From NCBI GenBank assembly GCA_963716535.1, contig OY970317.1, positions 2,480,123 to 2,544,122 of the forward strand: a DNA stretch of 64,000 bases. The letters are read 5' to 3'. The position numbers and the translations under genes were made by a program. Position 1 is the first letter of the stretch; every line of letters starts with the position of its first letter. Below, piece by piece: positions 1 to 10,900 of this stretch. This stretch comes from an uncultured Solirubrobacteraceae bacterium (lineage in GTDB: Bacteria; Actinomycetota; Thermoleophilia; Solirubrobacterales; Solirubrobacteraceae). The notes under the pieces were generated by a model, which was given only the letters and a program-made list of their open reading frames with translations, was not told where the DNA came from and did not search any database.

Positions 1-670
1 GCAGCGACAGTCGCAGGTCCAGCGCCCAGCGCCGCTGCTTGGAGCGGCCGCGCAGGCTGTGCACCCACTCATGGTCGGCGAGCAGCCGCGCAAGACCGAA
101 CAGCGCGACCGCGGCCGCCGCTACGAACACGCCACCCAAGACCACGTGAGCCACACGCGCCGGCTGCAACACGATCGGCACCGCCAGGATCGTGATCACG
201 TCGGCGACCGTCACCTGCGCCATCACGATCAGCACCTCGGTGCCGTCGAGGCCGGTCTCCTGGATCGCGGGCAGCAGCACTGCGGCGGAGCCGGACGCGA
301 GCACGACCGCGTAGATCGCCGCGTGGCCGGAGCCCGCAACGCTTGCGGCGAGCAGCCCCGCGGGCACCGCCAGCAGCGACACGATCACCGCCAGCAGCGT
401 GCCTTTGCGCGCGGCAAACGCAAGCCGCCGATCGCGTAGCGGCAGGTGCATGCCGACCGTCAGCATCAGCATCGCGAACCCGACTTCGCCGAGCAGCGCG
501 GTCGTCGCGTCGGCGGGATGCACCGTGCCCAGCACCCCCGGCCCAACGAGAATGCCCGCGAGGATCTCGCCGACGACAACCGGTACGAAGCGCCTCGACA
601 GCACCCCCAGCAGCGGTCCGCCGAGACCCGCGAGCACGATCAGCACCAGCGTCCCGAAGTTCATGAGCAT
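1..670 (-). CDS. Cation:proton antiporter (CPA family), 3' part outside window
   Basis: Manual minus-strand translation (not in ORF track): MLMNFGTLVLIVLAGLGGPLLGVLSRRFVPVVVGEILAGILVGPGVLG...LGEVGFAMLMLTVGMHL; multi-TM, typical Na+/H+ exchanger N-terminus. Start 670 or 664. Confidence 0.8.
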   Translation of the reverse strand, partial: MLMNFGTLVLIVLAGLGGPLLGVLSRRFVPVVVGEILAGILVGPGVLGTVHPADATTALLGEVGFAMLMLTVGMHLPLRDRRLAFAARKGTLLAVIVSLLAVPAGLLAASVAGSGHAAIYAVVLASGSAAVLLPAIQETGLDGTEVLIVMAQVTVADVITILAVPIVLQPARVAHVVLGGVFVAAAAVALFGLARLLADHEWVHSLRGRSKQRRWALDLRLSL

Positions 671-753
671 GGGACAGTGCCAAAACCCGCAGACGGCCGG
701 TGAGCATGCCCGATCCGGCGCGCGGCGGCCGGCCGCCGCGACAGCGCCTGGCT

Positions 754-924
754 TCAGCCGGCGCGGCGCTTGCGCGGCGGCGACGCGGCAGGCTTCGGCG
801 GGAAGCGCTTGCGCTCCTCCGCCGTCATCTTGCGGATCGTCAGCGAGCCTTCGTCCACCTGCCGCTGGACGTCCTCGAGTTTCGCGCGGCGCTTCTCGGC
901 CGCGCGGTCTGCCTGCGTAACCAT
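754..924 (-). CDS. Small basic hypothetical protein (56 aa)
   Basis: C-terminal part of ORF 754..1524: MVTQADRAAEKRRAKLEDVQRQVDEGSLTIRKMTAEERKRFPPKP; protein-like composition, ATG at 924. Confidence 0.65.
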   Translation of the reverse strand: MVTQADRAAEKRRAKLEDVQRQVDEGSLTIRKMTAEERKRFPPKPAASPPRKRRAG

Positions 925-1056
925 GTAATCCAGTCTAGTGCGCCCGCGTCCGCCTGCCGGGGATTTCGAGCTGCCGGCATGCCTGCCGGGACCATTATCG
1001 TCCCCCTGGTTTGGGAACGGCCCCACGCTGTCGCGTGGAAAGGAGTGGGAACGAGC

Positions 1057-2451
1057 ATGCTCATCGATACCGACTATCTCGTCGTTGGCGCGGGCGCGAG
1101 CGGCCTCGCCTTCGCCGACGCTCTGCTGGCCGAGGCAGCCGTTGAGGTGACGGTGATCGACCGTCGCGAGACCGCGGGCGGTCACTGGATGGATGCGTAT
1201 CCCTTTGTTCGCTTGCACACCCCCTCCGCGTATTACGGCGTGGACTCGGCGCCACTCGGCGAGGACCGCGTTGACCAGGTTGGCGAGAATGCCGGGTTCT
1301 ACGAGCGAGCGACCGGGGATCAGGTATCCAGGTACTTCGTCGAGGCCGCTTCGCGGCTCACGGATACAGGCCGGTGTCGTGTGTTGACCGGCCATGAGCA
1401 CCTGGGTGGCGGCAGCAACGGTGAGCAGATCAGAGATCTGAGCACCGGAGCGCTTCACGATGTCGCGGTACGTCGCAAGGTCGTCGACGCTCGGTATCTC
1501 GAGGCGTCGATCCCGGCTACCCACACCGTCCCGTTCGAGGTGGCATCGCGCGTACAGCTCGTTCCCGTCAACGCGTTGCCGGCGGCCGCGCGATCGGACT
1601 GCTCCTACGCCGTCCTTGGTTCGGGCAAGACGGCCGCGGACGCGTGCATCTGGCTTCTAGACAACGGCGTGCCGCCGGATCGGATTCGCTGGATCCGGCC
1701 GCGCGACGCGTGGTTTTACGACCGCCGGCACTTTCAGCCCCTGGAGCAGGTCGACGCGATCATCGAGGGAAACGCTCTCGATGCCGAGGCGGGTGCCGCT
1801 GCCACGGACATCGATGACCTCTTTGAGCGGCTCGAGGCCTCGGGGCGGCTTGTGCGTATCGACCCGGCGTATCCGGCAACGATGTACCGCGGCACGATGC
1901 TCAGCGCCCGCGAGCTCACGGCCCTACGACAGATCGGCGATGTCGTGCGGCTCGGCCGGGTACGGCGGATCGAGGTTGACCGCATCGTGCTCGAGCACGG
2001 GGAGACCAAGACCGGCACCGACGTCCTGCATGTCGACTGCACAGCGGCTGGCCTGAACAACGCCCCCGCCACACCGATCTTTCAGCCTGACCGGATCACG
2101 CTTCAACAGGTGCGCCACCTCTCACCGTGCTTCAACGCAGCCCTCATCGGCTACGTCGAGGCACACCGAGACGACGATGTCGAAAAGAACCGGCTCTGCC
2201 CACCCAACCCGTACGCCAGCAGCATCGAGGACTGGCCGCGCATGATCAGCCGTACTTGGCGAACGGAAGGCCGGTGGTTGAGCGAGCCCGACGTGTTGTC
2301 GTGGTCGGCCCAGAGCCGACTCAACCTGCTGCAGGCGCTTCCCGACCACGCGAGCGAGCCAGCCGTGCAAACGGCGGTCAAGCACTATCTCACCCACGTC
2401 GCCGCGGCGGTCGAACGGCTGCGGGAGCTGGACCGGCCGAGCGCAGGCTAG
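1057..2451 (+). CDS. FAD/NAD(P)-dependent oxidoreductase
   Basis: MLIDTDYLVVGAGASG (GxGxxG FAD motif), GGHW, second Rossmann motif VLGSGKTA; AAGGAG RBS upstream of ATG 1057. Confidence 0.85.
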   Translation: MLIDTDYLVVGAGASGLAFADALLAEAAVEVTVIDRRETAGGHWMDAYPFVRLHTPSAYYGVDSAPLGEDRVDQVGENAGFYERATGDQVSRYFVEAASRLTDTGRCRVLTGHEHLGGGSNGEQIRDLSTGALHDVAVRRKVVDARYLEASIPATHTVPFEVASRVQLVPVNALPAAARSDCSYAVLGSGKTAADACIWLLDNGVPPDRIRWIRPRDAWFYDRRHFQPLEQVDAIIEGNALDAEAGAAATDIDDLFERLEASGRLVRIDPAYPATMYRGTMLSARELTALRQIGDVVRLGRVRRIEVDRIVLEHGETKTGTDVLHVDCTAAGLNNAPATPIFQPDRITLQQVRHLSPCFNAALIGYVEAHRDDDVEKNRLCPPNPYASSIEDWPRMISRTWRTEGRWLSEPDVLSWSAQSRLNLLQALPDHASEPAVQTAVKHYLTHVAAAVERLRELDRPSAG

Positions 2452-2891
2452 AGCCGCTGCCCCATCCAGACGTGCTGGATGCCGGCTTCCTCGAACTCGT
2501 CCGATTCGATCACAAAACCCGCTTGGCGGTAGACCTCGGCGGCGGCGAGCTGCGCGGCCAGACGCACCTGCACACAGCCGCGCGAGCGCGCCGCATCGAC
2601 CGCCAGCGCGAGCATGCGCGCGGCGATCCCGCGTCGGCGCCAGTCACGTTCGACCGCCACGCGGCCGATTTTCGCTTTCTCCTCATCGAGCAGCAGTCGC
2701 AGCGTGCCGATCACGCTGTCGCGATCGGGGTCGAGCGCCACGAGATGCAGCGCCTGCTCGTCGAGCCCGTCGATCTCTTCCTCGCGCGACACGCCCTGCT
2801 CGCCGCAGAACACGCGCTCTCTGACCAGGAGCGCGCCGCGCACGTCCCCCGGGTCGCGCGCCCAGCGGATCGGGATCTCGCGCGCGTTCAT
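2448..2891 (-). CDS. GNAT N-acetyltransferase (ElaA/YjcF-like)
   Basis: RERVFCGEQGV, KIGRVAVERDWRRRGIA, YRQAGF, FEEAGIQHVWM. Confidence 0.9.
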   Translation of the reverse strand: MNAREIPIRWARDPGDVRGALLVRERVFCGEQGVSREEEIDGLDEQALHLVALDPDRDSVIGTLRLLLDEEKAKIGRVAVERDWRRRGIAARMLALAVDAARSRGCVQVRLAAQLAAAEVYRQAGFVIESDEFEEAGIQHVWMGQRL

Positions 2892-2898
2892 CTCGCTG

Positions 2899-4152
2899 CT
2901 ACCTGACGCCCGTGGCGAACATGGCGTGGACGCCCCCGGGTGTCAGGCGACGCAGGGCGAGGAGCCCGAGCAGCGCGGTCAGCAGGCAGGTGACGCCGCC
3001 GAGCCCGAGCCCGGCGCGCGCGCCGGCCTGCGCCATCACCCAGCCGACGATCGGGCCGCCGATCGGCGTCGAGCCCTGGAAGGCGACGAACCACAGCGCC
3101 ATCACGCGGCCGCGCATGCTCGGCGCAGCGTTCAGCTGCAACGTCGAGTTGGCGGTCGACATGAACGAGATGCTCGCACCACCGGCGAGCGCGAGCGCGA
3201 CCAGCTCCGTCGGGAGCGTCGGCGCGACGCAGGCGAGCAGCAGCACGACACCGAACGCGCTGGCGGCGAGCACCAGCGTCGGCAGCCCAGTCTTACCCCT
3301 GTTGGCGACGAACAGCCCGCCGATGACGGCGCCGACGCCCATCGCGGAGGTCATGAAGCCGAACCCGGTCGCGCCGACGTGCAGTCCCTGGCGCGCCATC
3401 ACCGGCAGCGTCACCTGGAACTCGTACGCGAGCGCGCCGGCGAGCGCCATCATCGCCAGCGGCACCCCCAGCTCGGGAGTGCCCTTGACGTAGCGCAGGC
3501 CCGCGCGCAGCTGCCCCGGCTCGCGCCCGCTCGGCGGGCTGGGCCGGATCGCGCCGCGGTCGAGCGTGACCAGCGAGGCGACGACCGCGGCGAAGCTCGC
3601 GGCGTTCAGCAGGAAGCAGGTGCCCTCGCCGACGGTGGCGATCAGCACGCCCGCGACCGCCGGGCCGATCACGCGCGCGACGTTGACGATCACGGAGTTG
3701 AGCGTGACCGCGTTGCGCAAGCTCTCGCCGCCGACGAGCTCGAGCATGAACGACTGGCGCGCGGGACTCTCGAACGCGTTGTTGAGGCCGAGCAGGGCCG
3801 CCAGCGCACCGATCTCCCAGAGACAGACCGAGTGCGTCACGGTCAGCAGGCCGAGGACCAGCGCCTGCACGCCCATCGCGATCTGCAGCGCCACCATCAG
3901 CCGGCGCTTGTCGACGCGGTCGGCGACGACGCCGCCGTAGGGGCCGAGCAGCAGCACCGGCAGCGTCTGCAGCGCGACGATCACGCCCAGCGTCGTGGCC
4001 GAGCCGGTGAGGCTCAACACCAGCCACGACTGCGCCGCCATCTGCATCCAGGTGCCGATCAGCGACACCGACTGCCCGGCGATGTAGCGGCGGTAGTTGG
4101 GGATCGCGAGCGCCGCGAAGGTGACACGGCCGACGCGCTTGGCGCGCATCAT
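2899..4152 (-). CDS. MFS transporter (DHA3/MFS_3-like)
   Basis: GQSVSLIGTWMQ, GGVVADRVDKRRL, about 12 TM segments; start 4152 overlaps the MarR stop. Confidence 0.9.
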   Translation of the reverse strand: MMRAKRVGRVTFAALAIPNYRRYIAGQSVSLIGTWMQMAAQSWLVLSLTGSATTLGVIVALQTLPVLLLGPYGGVVADRVDKRRLMVALQIAMGVQALVLGLLTVTHSVCLWEIGALAALLGLNNAFESPARQSFMLELVGGESLRNAVTLNSVIVNVARVIGPAVAGVLIATVGEGTCFLLNAASFAAVVASLVTLDRGAIRPSPPSGREPGQLRAGLRYVKGTPELGVPLAMMALAGALAYEFQVTLPVMARQGLHVGATGFGFMTSAMGVGAVIGGLFVANRGKTGLPTLVLAASAFGVVLLLACVAPTLPTELVALALAGGASISFMSTANSTLQLNAAPSMRGRVMALWFVAFQGSTPIGGPIVGWVMAQAGARAGLGLGGVTCLLTALLGLLALRRLTPGGVHAMFATGVR

Positions 4153-4739
4153 CGGCGCGCGCCCCGTCCGGCGCCGGGGGCGCCCTGCGCGGCGCGAGCG
4201 CTGCTGGCGACGCGCCCGGCCCGCGGGTCGGGCAGCCGCTCGACCAGCTCCTCGAGCACCGGCAGCGCATTCCACAGCGCCTCACGCTGACGCTCGTCGA
4301 GCTGCTCGACGTGCGCGCCAAGCGCGCGTGCGCGCTCGCGGTGGATGCGCTCGCGCATGCGCCTGCCGGCGGCGGTCGCGGCCACGAACGCGGAGCGCCG
4401 GTCCTCGGGGTCGGCCGCACGCGCGATCAGCCCGGCGTCGCTCAGCTGCGCGGTGATGCGCGAGAGCATCGTCGCGTTCAGGCCCTCGATCGAGGCCAGC
4501 TCGGATAGCCGCACCGGCCCCAGCCGCACGGCCGTGAACAGCACAGAGATCTGCGACGGCGTCAGGCCCGAGCCGGCCACGGTCGGGCGCAGGCGCCGCG
4601 ACAGCTTGCCGATCGCCGCGCGCAGGCGCTCGCTCGCCTCCGCCTGGGCCTCCACCTCCGAGGGTGGGGACTCGGGCTCAACCTGTGGTGCTGTCTGTGC
4701 CGCCGGCCTGGCTGCGCTGCCCACTCGTATGCCTCTCAA
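4149..4739 (-). CDS. MarR family transcriptional regulator
   Basis: LTPSQISVL, LSELA, L..AGLI.R..DPEDRRS wHTH motif. Confidence 0.9.
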   Translation of the reverse strand: MRGIRVGSAARPAAQTAPQVEPESPPSEVEAQAEASERLRAAIGKLSRRLRPTVAGSGLTPSQISVLFTAVRLGPVRLSELASIEGLNATMLSRITAQLSDAGLIARAADPEDRRSAFVAATAAGRRMRERIHRERARALGAHVEQLDERQREALWNALPVLEELVERLPDPRAGRVASSARAAQGAPGAGRGARR

Positions 4740-4745
4740 TTTATT

Positions 4746-4761
4746 TGCTTGCCGGCAAGCA
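4746..4761. promoter_or_regulatory. Perfect 16-bp palindrome TGCTTGCCGGCAAGCA, likely MarR operator
   Basis: Perfect inverted repeat 7 bp upstream of the MarR start, in a divergent promoter region. Confidence 0.65.
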
Positions 4762-4840
4762 TTGTAGCCGCCCGCGTGTCATGCGACATGCGCCGCTGTA
4801 TCGTTCACGCGAACGAACGCAGGCAATACAGGGGCGATCG

Positions 4841-5422
4841 ATGCCACAACTGACGTTCTACTTCGACCTCGGATCGCCGTACGCGTACCTGGCAGCAGAG
4901 CGCTTGGAAGACGTGTTGGCGGAGTCGGTGCGATGGCAGCCGCTGTCGCTCGGCGCGCTGTTCAAGCTCAACGGCAGAAGCTCCTGGTCACTCGGCGACG
5001 ACGAGCGCCGGCGATCCGGGATGGCCGAGGTCGAGCGCCGTGCCCGCGACTATGGGCTGCCGCCGATCCACTGGCCGGACCCGTGGCCGGGCAACTACCT
5101 GACGGCGATGCGCGCCGCGACGTTCGCCTTCGAGGCCGGACGCGGGAATGAGTTCACGCTGCAGGCGTTCCGCGACGCTTTCGCGGACGGCCACGACCTG
5201 AGCGTCCCCGCGCGTGTGCTCGACGCGGCCGCGCGCGCCGGTCTCGACCGCGCCGAGGTCGAGGCGGCCACGCAGGACCCGCACATCAAGCAGGCGCTGC
5301 GCGAGGCCACCGACGCCGCGCACGCGCTGGGCGTGATCGGCGTGCCGACGCTCGCGATCGACGGCGAGCTGTTCTGGGGCGACGATCGCCTCGAGGACGC
5401 GGCCGCACACCTCGCGGGCTAA
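4841..5422 (+). CDS. 2-hydroxychromene-2-carboxylate isomerase / DsbA-like (GST-kappa) protein
   Basis: LTFYFDLGSPYAYLA and GVIGVPT...LFWGDDRL motifs. Confidence 0.9.
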   Translation: MPQLTFYFDLGSPYAYLAAERLEDVLAESVRWQPLSLGALFKLNGRSSWSLGDDERRRSGMAEVERRARDYGLPPIHWPDPWPGNYLTAMRAATFAFEAGRGNEFTLQAFRDAFADGHDLSVPARVLDAAARAGLDRAEVEAATQDPHIKQALREATDAAHALGVIGVPTLAIDGELFWGDDRLEDAAAHLAG

Positions 5423-5467
5423 GCGATCACCTGAGCGCACCTCCTCGATTTGTTTACCGCTAGAATA

Positions 5468-5482
5468 TCTTAATAACTAAGA
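5468..5482. promoter_or_regulatory. Inverted repeat TCTTA-N5-TAAGA, candidate MarR operator
   Basis: AT-rich patch with TAGAAT at 5461-5466 immediately upstream of ATG 5490. Confidence 0.45.
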
Positions 5483-5489
5483 GATCAGA

Positions 5490-6002
5490 ATGTCAAACGA
5501 TAAGCGCAGCGTCTTCGAGAAGTTGATCGACGAGGTGCGCCGCTCGCAGAACGCCACCGACCGCTTCGACCAGGCGGTGGCCGAGGCGCTCGGCCTCAAC
5601 CGCACGGACATGCGTTGCATGGACGTGATCGAGCGCGAAGGGCCCGTGCCCGCCGGGCGGCTGGCCGACGTCACGGGCTTGACCAGCGGCGCGATCACGA
5701 CCGCGCTCGACCGCCTCGAACGGGCCGGCTATGCGCGCCGTGTGAGCGACCCGTCGGACCGTCGCCGCGTGCTCGTGGAGATCACGCCGCACGCGCGCGA
5801 GGCCGCCAACGGCTTCTACGCGTCGCACGCCGCGCTGTCGGAGCGGCTATATCGGCGCTACACCCGCGAGCAGCTCGAGCTGCTGCTCGAGTTCGTACGC
5901 GAAGGCCGCGAGTTCAACGATCGCCAGGCGGCGCTCGTGGAGGAGCGCAACCGCGAACGACCGCCGTCCACCGGCAGAGGCGGCACGCGTGCCGCTCGCT
6001 GA
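5490..6002 (+). CDS. MarR family transcriptional regulator
   Basis: LGLNRTDMRCMDVI, LTSGAITTALDRLERAGY..R..DPSDRRRV. Confidence 0.92.
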   Translation: MSNDKRSVFEKLIDEVRRSQNATDRFDQAVAEALGLNRTDMRCMDVIEREGPVPAGRLADVTGLTSGAITTALDRLERAGYARRVSDPSDRRRVLVEITPHAREAANGFYASHAALSERLYRRYTREQLELLLEFVREGREFNDRQAALVEERNRERPPSTGRGGTRAAR

Positions 6003-6783
6003 GCTGAGCGACGCCCGGCTGTTCTACGAGACCGCCGGCGCTGGACAGCCGGTGCTGCTGATCGCTGGCACCGGCGGCGACCTGCGCCGCGCGCCGGGCC
6101 CGTTCGCGTGGCCCGGCGCCGAGCGCTTCTCGCTGCTGGCGTTCGACCACCGCGACCAGGGGCGCTCGCTGTCACGCACGGCAAAGCAGCCGGTGATGGC
6201 GGACTTCGCGAATGATGCACTCGGGCTCGTCGACCAGCTCGGCTGGGAGCGCTTCGATGTCGTCGGACATTCCTTCGGGGGCATGGTCGCGCAGGAGCTT
6301 GCGCTCGCGGCCGGCGATCGCGTGCGGCGAATGGCCCTGGTCTCGACCTCGAGCGGCGGCGAGGGCTGCGTGTCCTATCCGCTGCACGAGCTGTACGAGC
6401 TGCAGCCGCAGGCGCGTATCGCGGCGCTGGTGGAGCTGCTGGACACGCGCGCGGCCACGGAGCCGCAGCTGGCCGCGGCGATCGCTGGCTACCTCTCGGT
6501 GGACGGCGGCGGCCTCGCCGCCAACGAAGCTCCCCCGCCGGGCCTCCTGCGCCAGCTCGAGGCCCGGCGCCACCACGACACGTCCGCACGCCTGCAGGCG
6601 CTGCAGATGCCGACGCTCGTCGCGGTCGGGCGCTTCGACGGGATCGCGACGCCCGCCACGAGCGAAGCGCTGGCGCGTGCCCTCCCCAACGCACAGCTGC
6701 GCGTGTTCGAGGGCGGTCACGCGGTGCTGCTGCAGGACCCGGCGGCATGGCCGGCGATCGCGCGCTTTCTCGCGGACGCGTAA
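5989..6783 (+). CDS. Alpha/beta hydrolase
   Basis: Nucleophile elbow GHSFGG, FDHRDQGRS, C-terminal GGH. Confidence 0.9.
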   Translation: MPLAELSDARLFYETAGAGQPVLLIAGTGGDLRRAPGPFAWPGAERFSLLAFDHRDQGRSLSRTAKQPVMADFANDALGLVDQLGWERFDVVGHSFGGMVAQELALAAGDRVRRMALVSTSSGGEGCVSYPLHELYELQPQARIAALVELLDTRAATEPQLAAAIAGYLSVDGGGLAANEAPPPGLLRQLEARRHHDTSARLQALQMPTLVAVGRFDGIATPATSEALARALPNAQLRVFEGGHAVLLQDPAAWPAIARFLADA

Positions 6784-6826
6784 GGTTGCTGGCCAACCCA
6801 CCCGCCCGCACGCCAAAGGAGAGCGC

Positions 6827-7219
6827 ATGTCCAGCTTCGCCGTCGTGAACCTGCTCGAGGTCGAGGACTCCATCGGCGAGCGCGCGCCCGGGATCGAAGG
6901 CCGCTTCGGCCGCAAGCACCTGGACTCGCGCGACCTCGGCGTCAGCCACTTCCGTTACGGACCGAACCTGCGCAGCCCGATGGCTCACAGCCACCGCGAG
7001 CAGGAGGAGGCCTACGTGATCGTCGCCGGCTCCGGCCGCGTGCTGCTCGACGACGAGGTGCACGAGCTGCGCCAGTGGGACGTCCTGCGCGTCGCGCCCG
7101 AGGTCGTGCGCTCATTCGAGGCCGGTCCCGACGGGCTCGACATCATCGCCGTCGGCGGCCCCAAGCCCGAGGACGGCGACGGCGTGATGGGGCCGGCGAA
7201 CTGGCCTGACGCGAGCTAG
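6827..7219 (+). CDS. Cupin domain protein
   Basis: HSHREQEEAYVIVAGSG cupin motif; AAGGAG RBS before ATG 6827. Confidence 0.85.
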   Translation: MSSFAVVNLLEVEDSIGERAPGIEGRFGRKHLDSRDLGVSHFRYGPNLRSPMAHSHREQEEAYVIVAGSGRVLLDDEVHELRQWDVLRVAPEVVRSFEAGPDGLDIIAVGGPKPEDGDGVMGPANWPDAS

Positions 7220-7275
7220 CGGGCGCTTGTGCCGCGCGTCAACCGCGGCAGGCGGCGCAAAAGCAGCGGGCGCCG

Positions 7276-7869
7276 TCAGTGGCTGCCGGCGCCCAACGGC
7301 CCGGCTGCCGCCTGGACCGCGTCGAGCAGCTCCTGCCCGCTGGGCACCGACTCGGGATCGATCAGCCACGACAGCATCAGGCCGTCGATGAGCGCGAGGA
7401 TCAGCACGGAGAGGGCGTGGATATCGGCGTCGGACAGCTGCCCTTCCAGTTCGAGGCCGCCGCGGACGCCTTCGGCGATGCGCGCGACCGCCGCGCGGCG
7501 GTTCGTGGCGACGCGTTCGCGCAGCACGTCGGAGTGGATCGCCTTGACGTGCGCCTCCATCAACGAGGCCAGCAGCGGGCCTGCCTGCGCAAAGGAGTCG
7601 ACCGTCGCGATCAGCGATTTGGCGAGCGCCTGCAGCGGCGGCGCGTCGCCGGCGAACGCCTGCTGGCGCACGTGCTCGGAGTAGCGACGGATCGCCTGCA
7701 GCAGCGCCTCGTCCATGAGCGCGTCCTTGGAGCCGAAGTGGTAGGGGATCGAGGCGAGGCTCGCGCCGGACGCGGCGGCGATGTCGCGCGTGGTCGTGGC
7801 GGCGACGCCGCGCGTCTGCACGCACTCGATCGCGCCCTCGAGAATCTGGTCGCGGTTGCTTTGGGGCAT
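7276..7869 (-). CDS. TetR/AcrR family regulator
   Basis: TTTRDIAAASGASLASIPYHFGSKDAL HTH. Confidence 0.93.
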   Translation of the reverse strand: MPQSNRDQILEGAIECVQTRGVAATTTRDIAAASGASLASIPYHFGSKDALMDEALLQAIRRYSEHVRQQAFAGDAPPLQALAKSLIATVDSFAQAGPLLASLMEAHVKAIHSDVLRERVATNRRAAVARIAEGVRGGLELEGQLSDADIHALSVLILALIDGLMLSWLIDPESVPSGQELLDAVQAAAGPLGAGSH

Positions 7870-7943
7870 CGCTTGAGTCTAAGCGGGCGTGAGCGCGGGA
7901 CCGCATCAGCCCAGGCCCGCGTCGGCCCATGGCCAACGCCAGC

Positions 7944-10900
7944 CTAAGGTCGCGTCAGCCGCTCGAGCGCGAGCACGAACGACGCGTAGGGCGCGCCGGT
8001 GACCTGCTGCAGCGCGATCTCGCAGGTGCGGTTGCTGCAGACGTGCTCGTCGACGCGCTCGCCGCCGGCCTCGCGTTGGGCCAGCTCGGCGGCGGTGTCG
8101 CGCAGCGCGGAGGCGGGCAGCTCGGGGTGCAGCAGGCCGCGATCGCCGGCCATGCCGCAGCAGCTCGTGGCGGCGGGCACGAGCACGTCGTCGGCGAGCG
8201 CGCCGGCGAGCGCCTGGAGCTTGCTGGCGAGGCCGAGCTGACCGGCGGCGCAGGTGGGGTGCACGGCGATGCGCGCTACACGCTCGCGCACGTGCAGCCG
8301 CGCGAGCAGGCGGTCGTGCGCCCACGCGATCGAGTCGAGGATCTCGATCTGCTCGAAGCGCTCGCGCTCGGCGTCGTCCAGGTGCGGTGCGACCTCCTCG
8401 CGCAGCCCGAGCGCGCACGAGCTGGCGTCGATCACGACCGGCAGCTTGCCGCCGTCGCTCCAGCGCCACAGCGCCGCTGCGGTCTTGGCGGCCATGTGCT
8501 CGTGGCCGCGGCGATAGCCCTTGGAGGACCACGGCGTCGCGCAGCAGTGACCGGCGACGTCGTCGGGGATCCACAGCGGCAGCCCCGCGCGCGCGGAGAC
8601 GCTGACGAGCGCCTGCGGCAGCGACGGCGCGGGCTCGCCGCCGACTGGCGACCCGGCGTGCAGCGACCCCGCCGGCCCAGTCCCCGGCGACCCCGCCGGC
8701 TCTGCCCCGCGCGGGTTGCCGAAGATGCGGTTGAGGCACGCGGGCAGGTACACGGCGACCGCTCCGTCGCGCTGTGTGACGGGCATCTGCGGGGGCGCGG
8801 CGCGCGGCACGTTCGCGGGCAGCGTCGGCACCAGCTCGCTCGACACACGCCGGCGCAACAGCTCGGGGACACGCGCGAGCGGCCGCTGGCCGACCACAAC
8901 GGCAAGCGTGCCCGTGGCCGCGAGACCCGCACGCACCGCGCGCTCGACCGCGCCGTAGCGCTTGGCGATCGCCAGCGCGACCGTCTCCTCCCGCTCGCTG
9001 CGCTCGCGCGCGCGCAGCTCCTTGACGAGCTTGCCGGTGTCGATCGCGACGGGACACACGCTCTGGCAGCTGCTGTCGGCGGCGCACGTTTGCAGCGCGT
9101 CGTACTCGAAGTCGCGCAGCAGCGACTCGTACACGGGCGAGCCCTCCGCCTGCCGTGCCATCTCGCGCCGAATCACGATCCGCTGGCGCGGCGTCGTGGT
9201 CGCGTGGCGGCTCGGGCAGACGGGCTCGCAGAAGCCGCACTCGACGCACTGCGAGGCAACCTCCTCGATCGCCGGCTGGCTCTTGAGGTTTTTTAGATGG
9301 ATGCCCGGATCGCGGTTCAGGACCGCGCCGGGATTCAAGACGTTGAGCGGGTCCGCAAGCTGCTTGACGCGCCACATCATCGCCGTCGCCTTGGCGCCCC
9401 ACTCGCGTTGCACGTACGGCGCCATGTTCACGCCGGTGCCGTGCTCGGCCTTCAGCGAGCCGTCGTACTCCTCGACGATCAGCTCGACCAGCTCGCCCAT
9501 GAACGCCTCGTAGCGCTCGAGGTCCTCGGGCTTGGTGAAGTCGGGGGTCAGCTGGAAGTGCAGGTTGCCGGCCGAGGCGTGCCCGGCGACGCCGACGAGG
9601 AACTGGTGCTTGCCGAGCAGCTCCTGCAGGTCGCGCGCGCACTCGGCGATGCGCTCGGGCCTGACGCAGACGTCCTCGACGATCAGCGCGGTACCGGGCA
9701 GGCGCAGCCGCCCGACGAGCCCGAACAGGCCCTCGCGCACCATCCAGGCAAGCTCGATCTCCGCGTGATCGCGCGTGAAGCGGTGCGGCTGGATCAGCTC
9801 GTGCGCAGCCAGGATCTCGTTGACCGCGGCCTCGCCCTGGTCCAGCTCGGCGTCGTCCTCGCCGCCCAGCTCGACGATCAGCGCCGCGGACGTCGGCGGC
9901 AGCTCGCGCCACTCTTGCGGCGTGCCCGGCAGGTTCCACGCGGCGGCGATCAGCGCCGGCGCGACCATCAGCTCGGTCGCGCGCGCGCCGGCAGCGACGA
10001 GCGCGGGCACCGCCGCGGCCGCCGCGTCGATGTCCTCGAAGTACAGCCACGCAAGCGACGTCAGCTTCGGCTCCGGGCGCGTGCGCATGACGGCCTCGGC
10101 GATGAACGCGAGCGTGCCCTCCGAGCCGACGACCAGGCGGCGGAAGATCTCGAGCGGCTGCTCCGCGTCGAGCAGCGCGCACAGGCGATAGCCGGTGACG
10201 TTCTTGATCTCGTACTTGCGCCGCACGCGCTGCGCCAGCTCGTCGTCCGCGAGCAGCTCCGCGCGCAGCTCCAGCAGGCCCTGCGCGAGCTCCGGCTCGG
10301 CCTCTACGAACTTCGCGTCGGCGTCGGGGGCGGCGGTGTCGATGACGGTGCCCGACGCCAGCACCAGCGTCATCGACTCGACCGTCGAGTACGGGTCCCA
10401 GGTGACGCCGCAGCGCATGCCACCGGAGTTGTTGGCGATCACGCCGCCGAGCGTGGCGATGTCTTTGCTCGCGGGGTCCGGGCCGAGCTTGTAGCCGTGG
10501 CGCGCGAGCAGGCGGTTGGCGAGGCCCAGCAGCGTGCCGGCCTTGATCCGCGCGCGGGCGCCGCCGTGTTCGATCTTGACGCCCGAGAACCAGCGCCGCA
10601 CGTCGATCAGGATGCCATCGGTGCCGCCCTGGCCGCTGAGGCTGGTGCCGCCGCCGCGGAAGTTCACCGGCGTGCCGGTGCGGCGCGCGTACGCGAGCAC
10701 CTTGCCGACGTCAGCGGCGTCGTGCGCCATCACGACCGCCGCCGGCAGGCGCCGGTAGGGGGACGCGTCGGAGGCGTAGGCGACGAGGTCGATCGCGCGC
10801 GCGAGCACGCGCTCGGCGCCCAGCAGCGCGATCAGCTCCGAGCGCAGCGGCTCCGGCGTGCCGGACGCGAGGCTGTCGGGCGCGGCGTCGGCGTGCGACG

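Noticed and set aside
700-1056. N-terminal extension of ORF 700..2451
   Set aside because: It is antisense to a plausible small gene (754-924), and a good RBS and FAD motif place the start at 1057.
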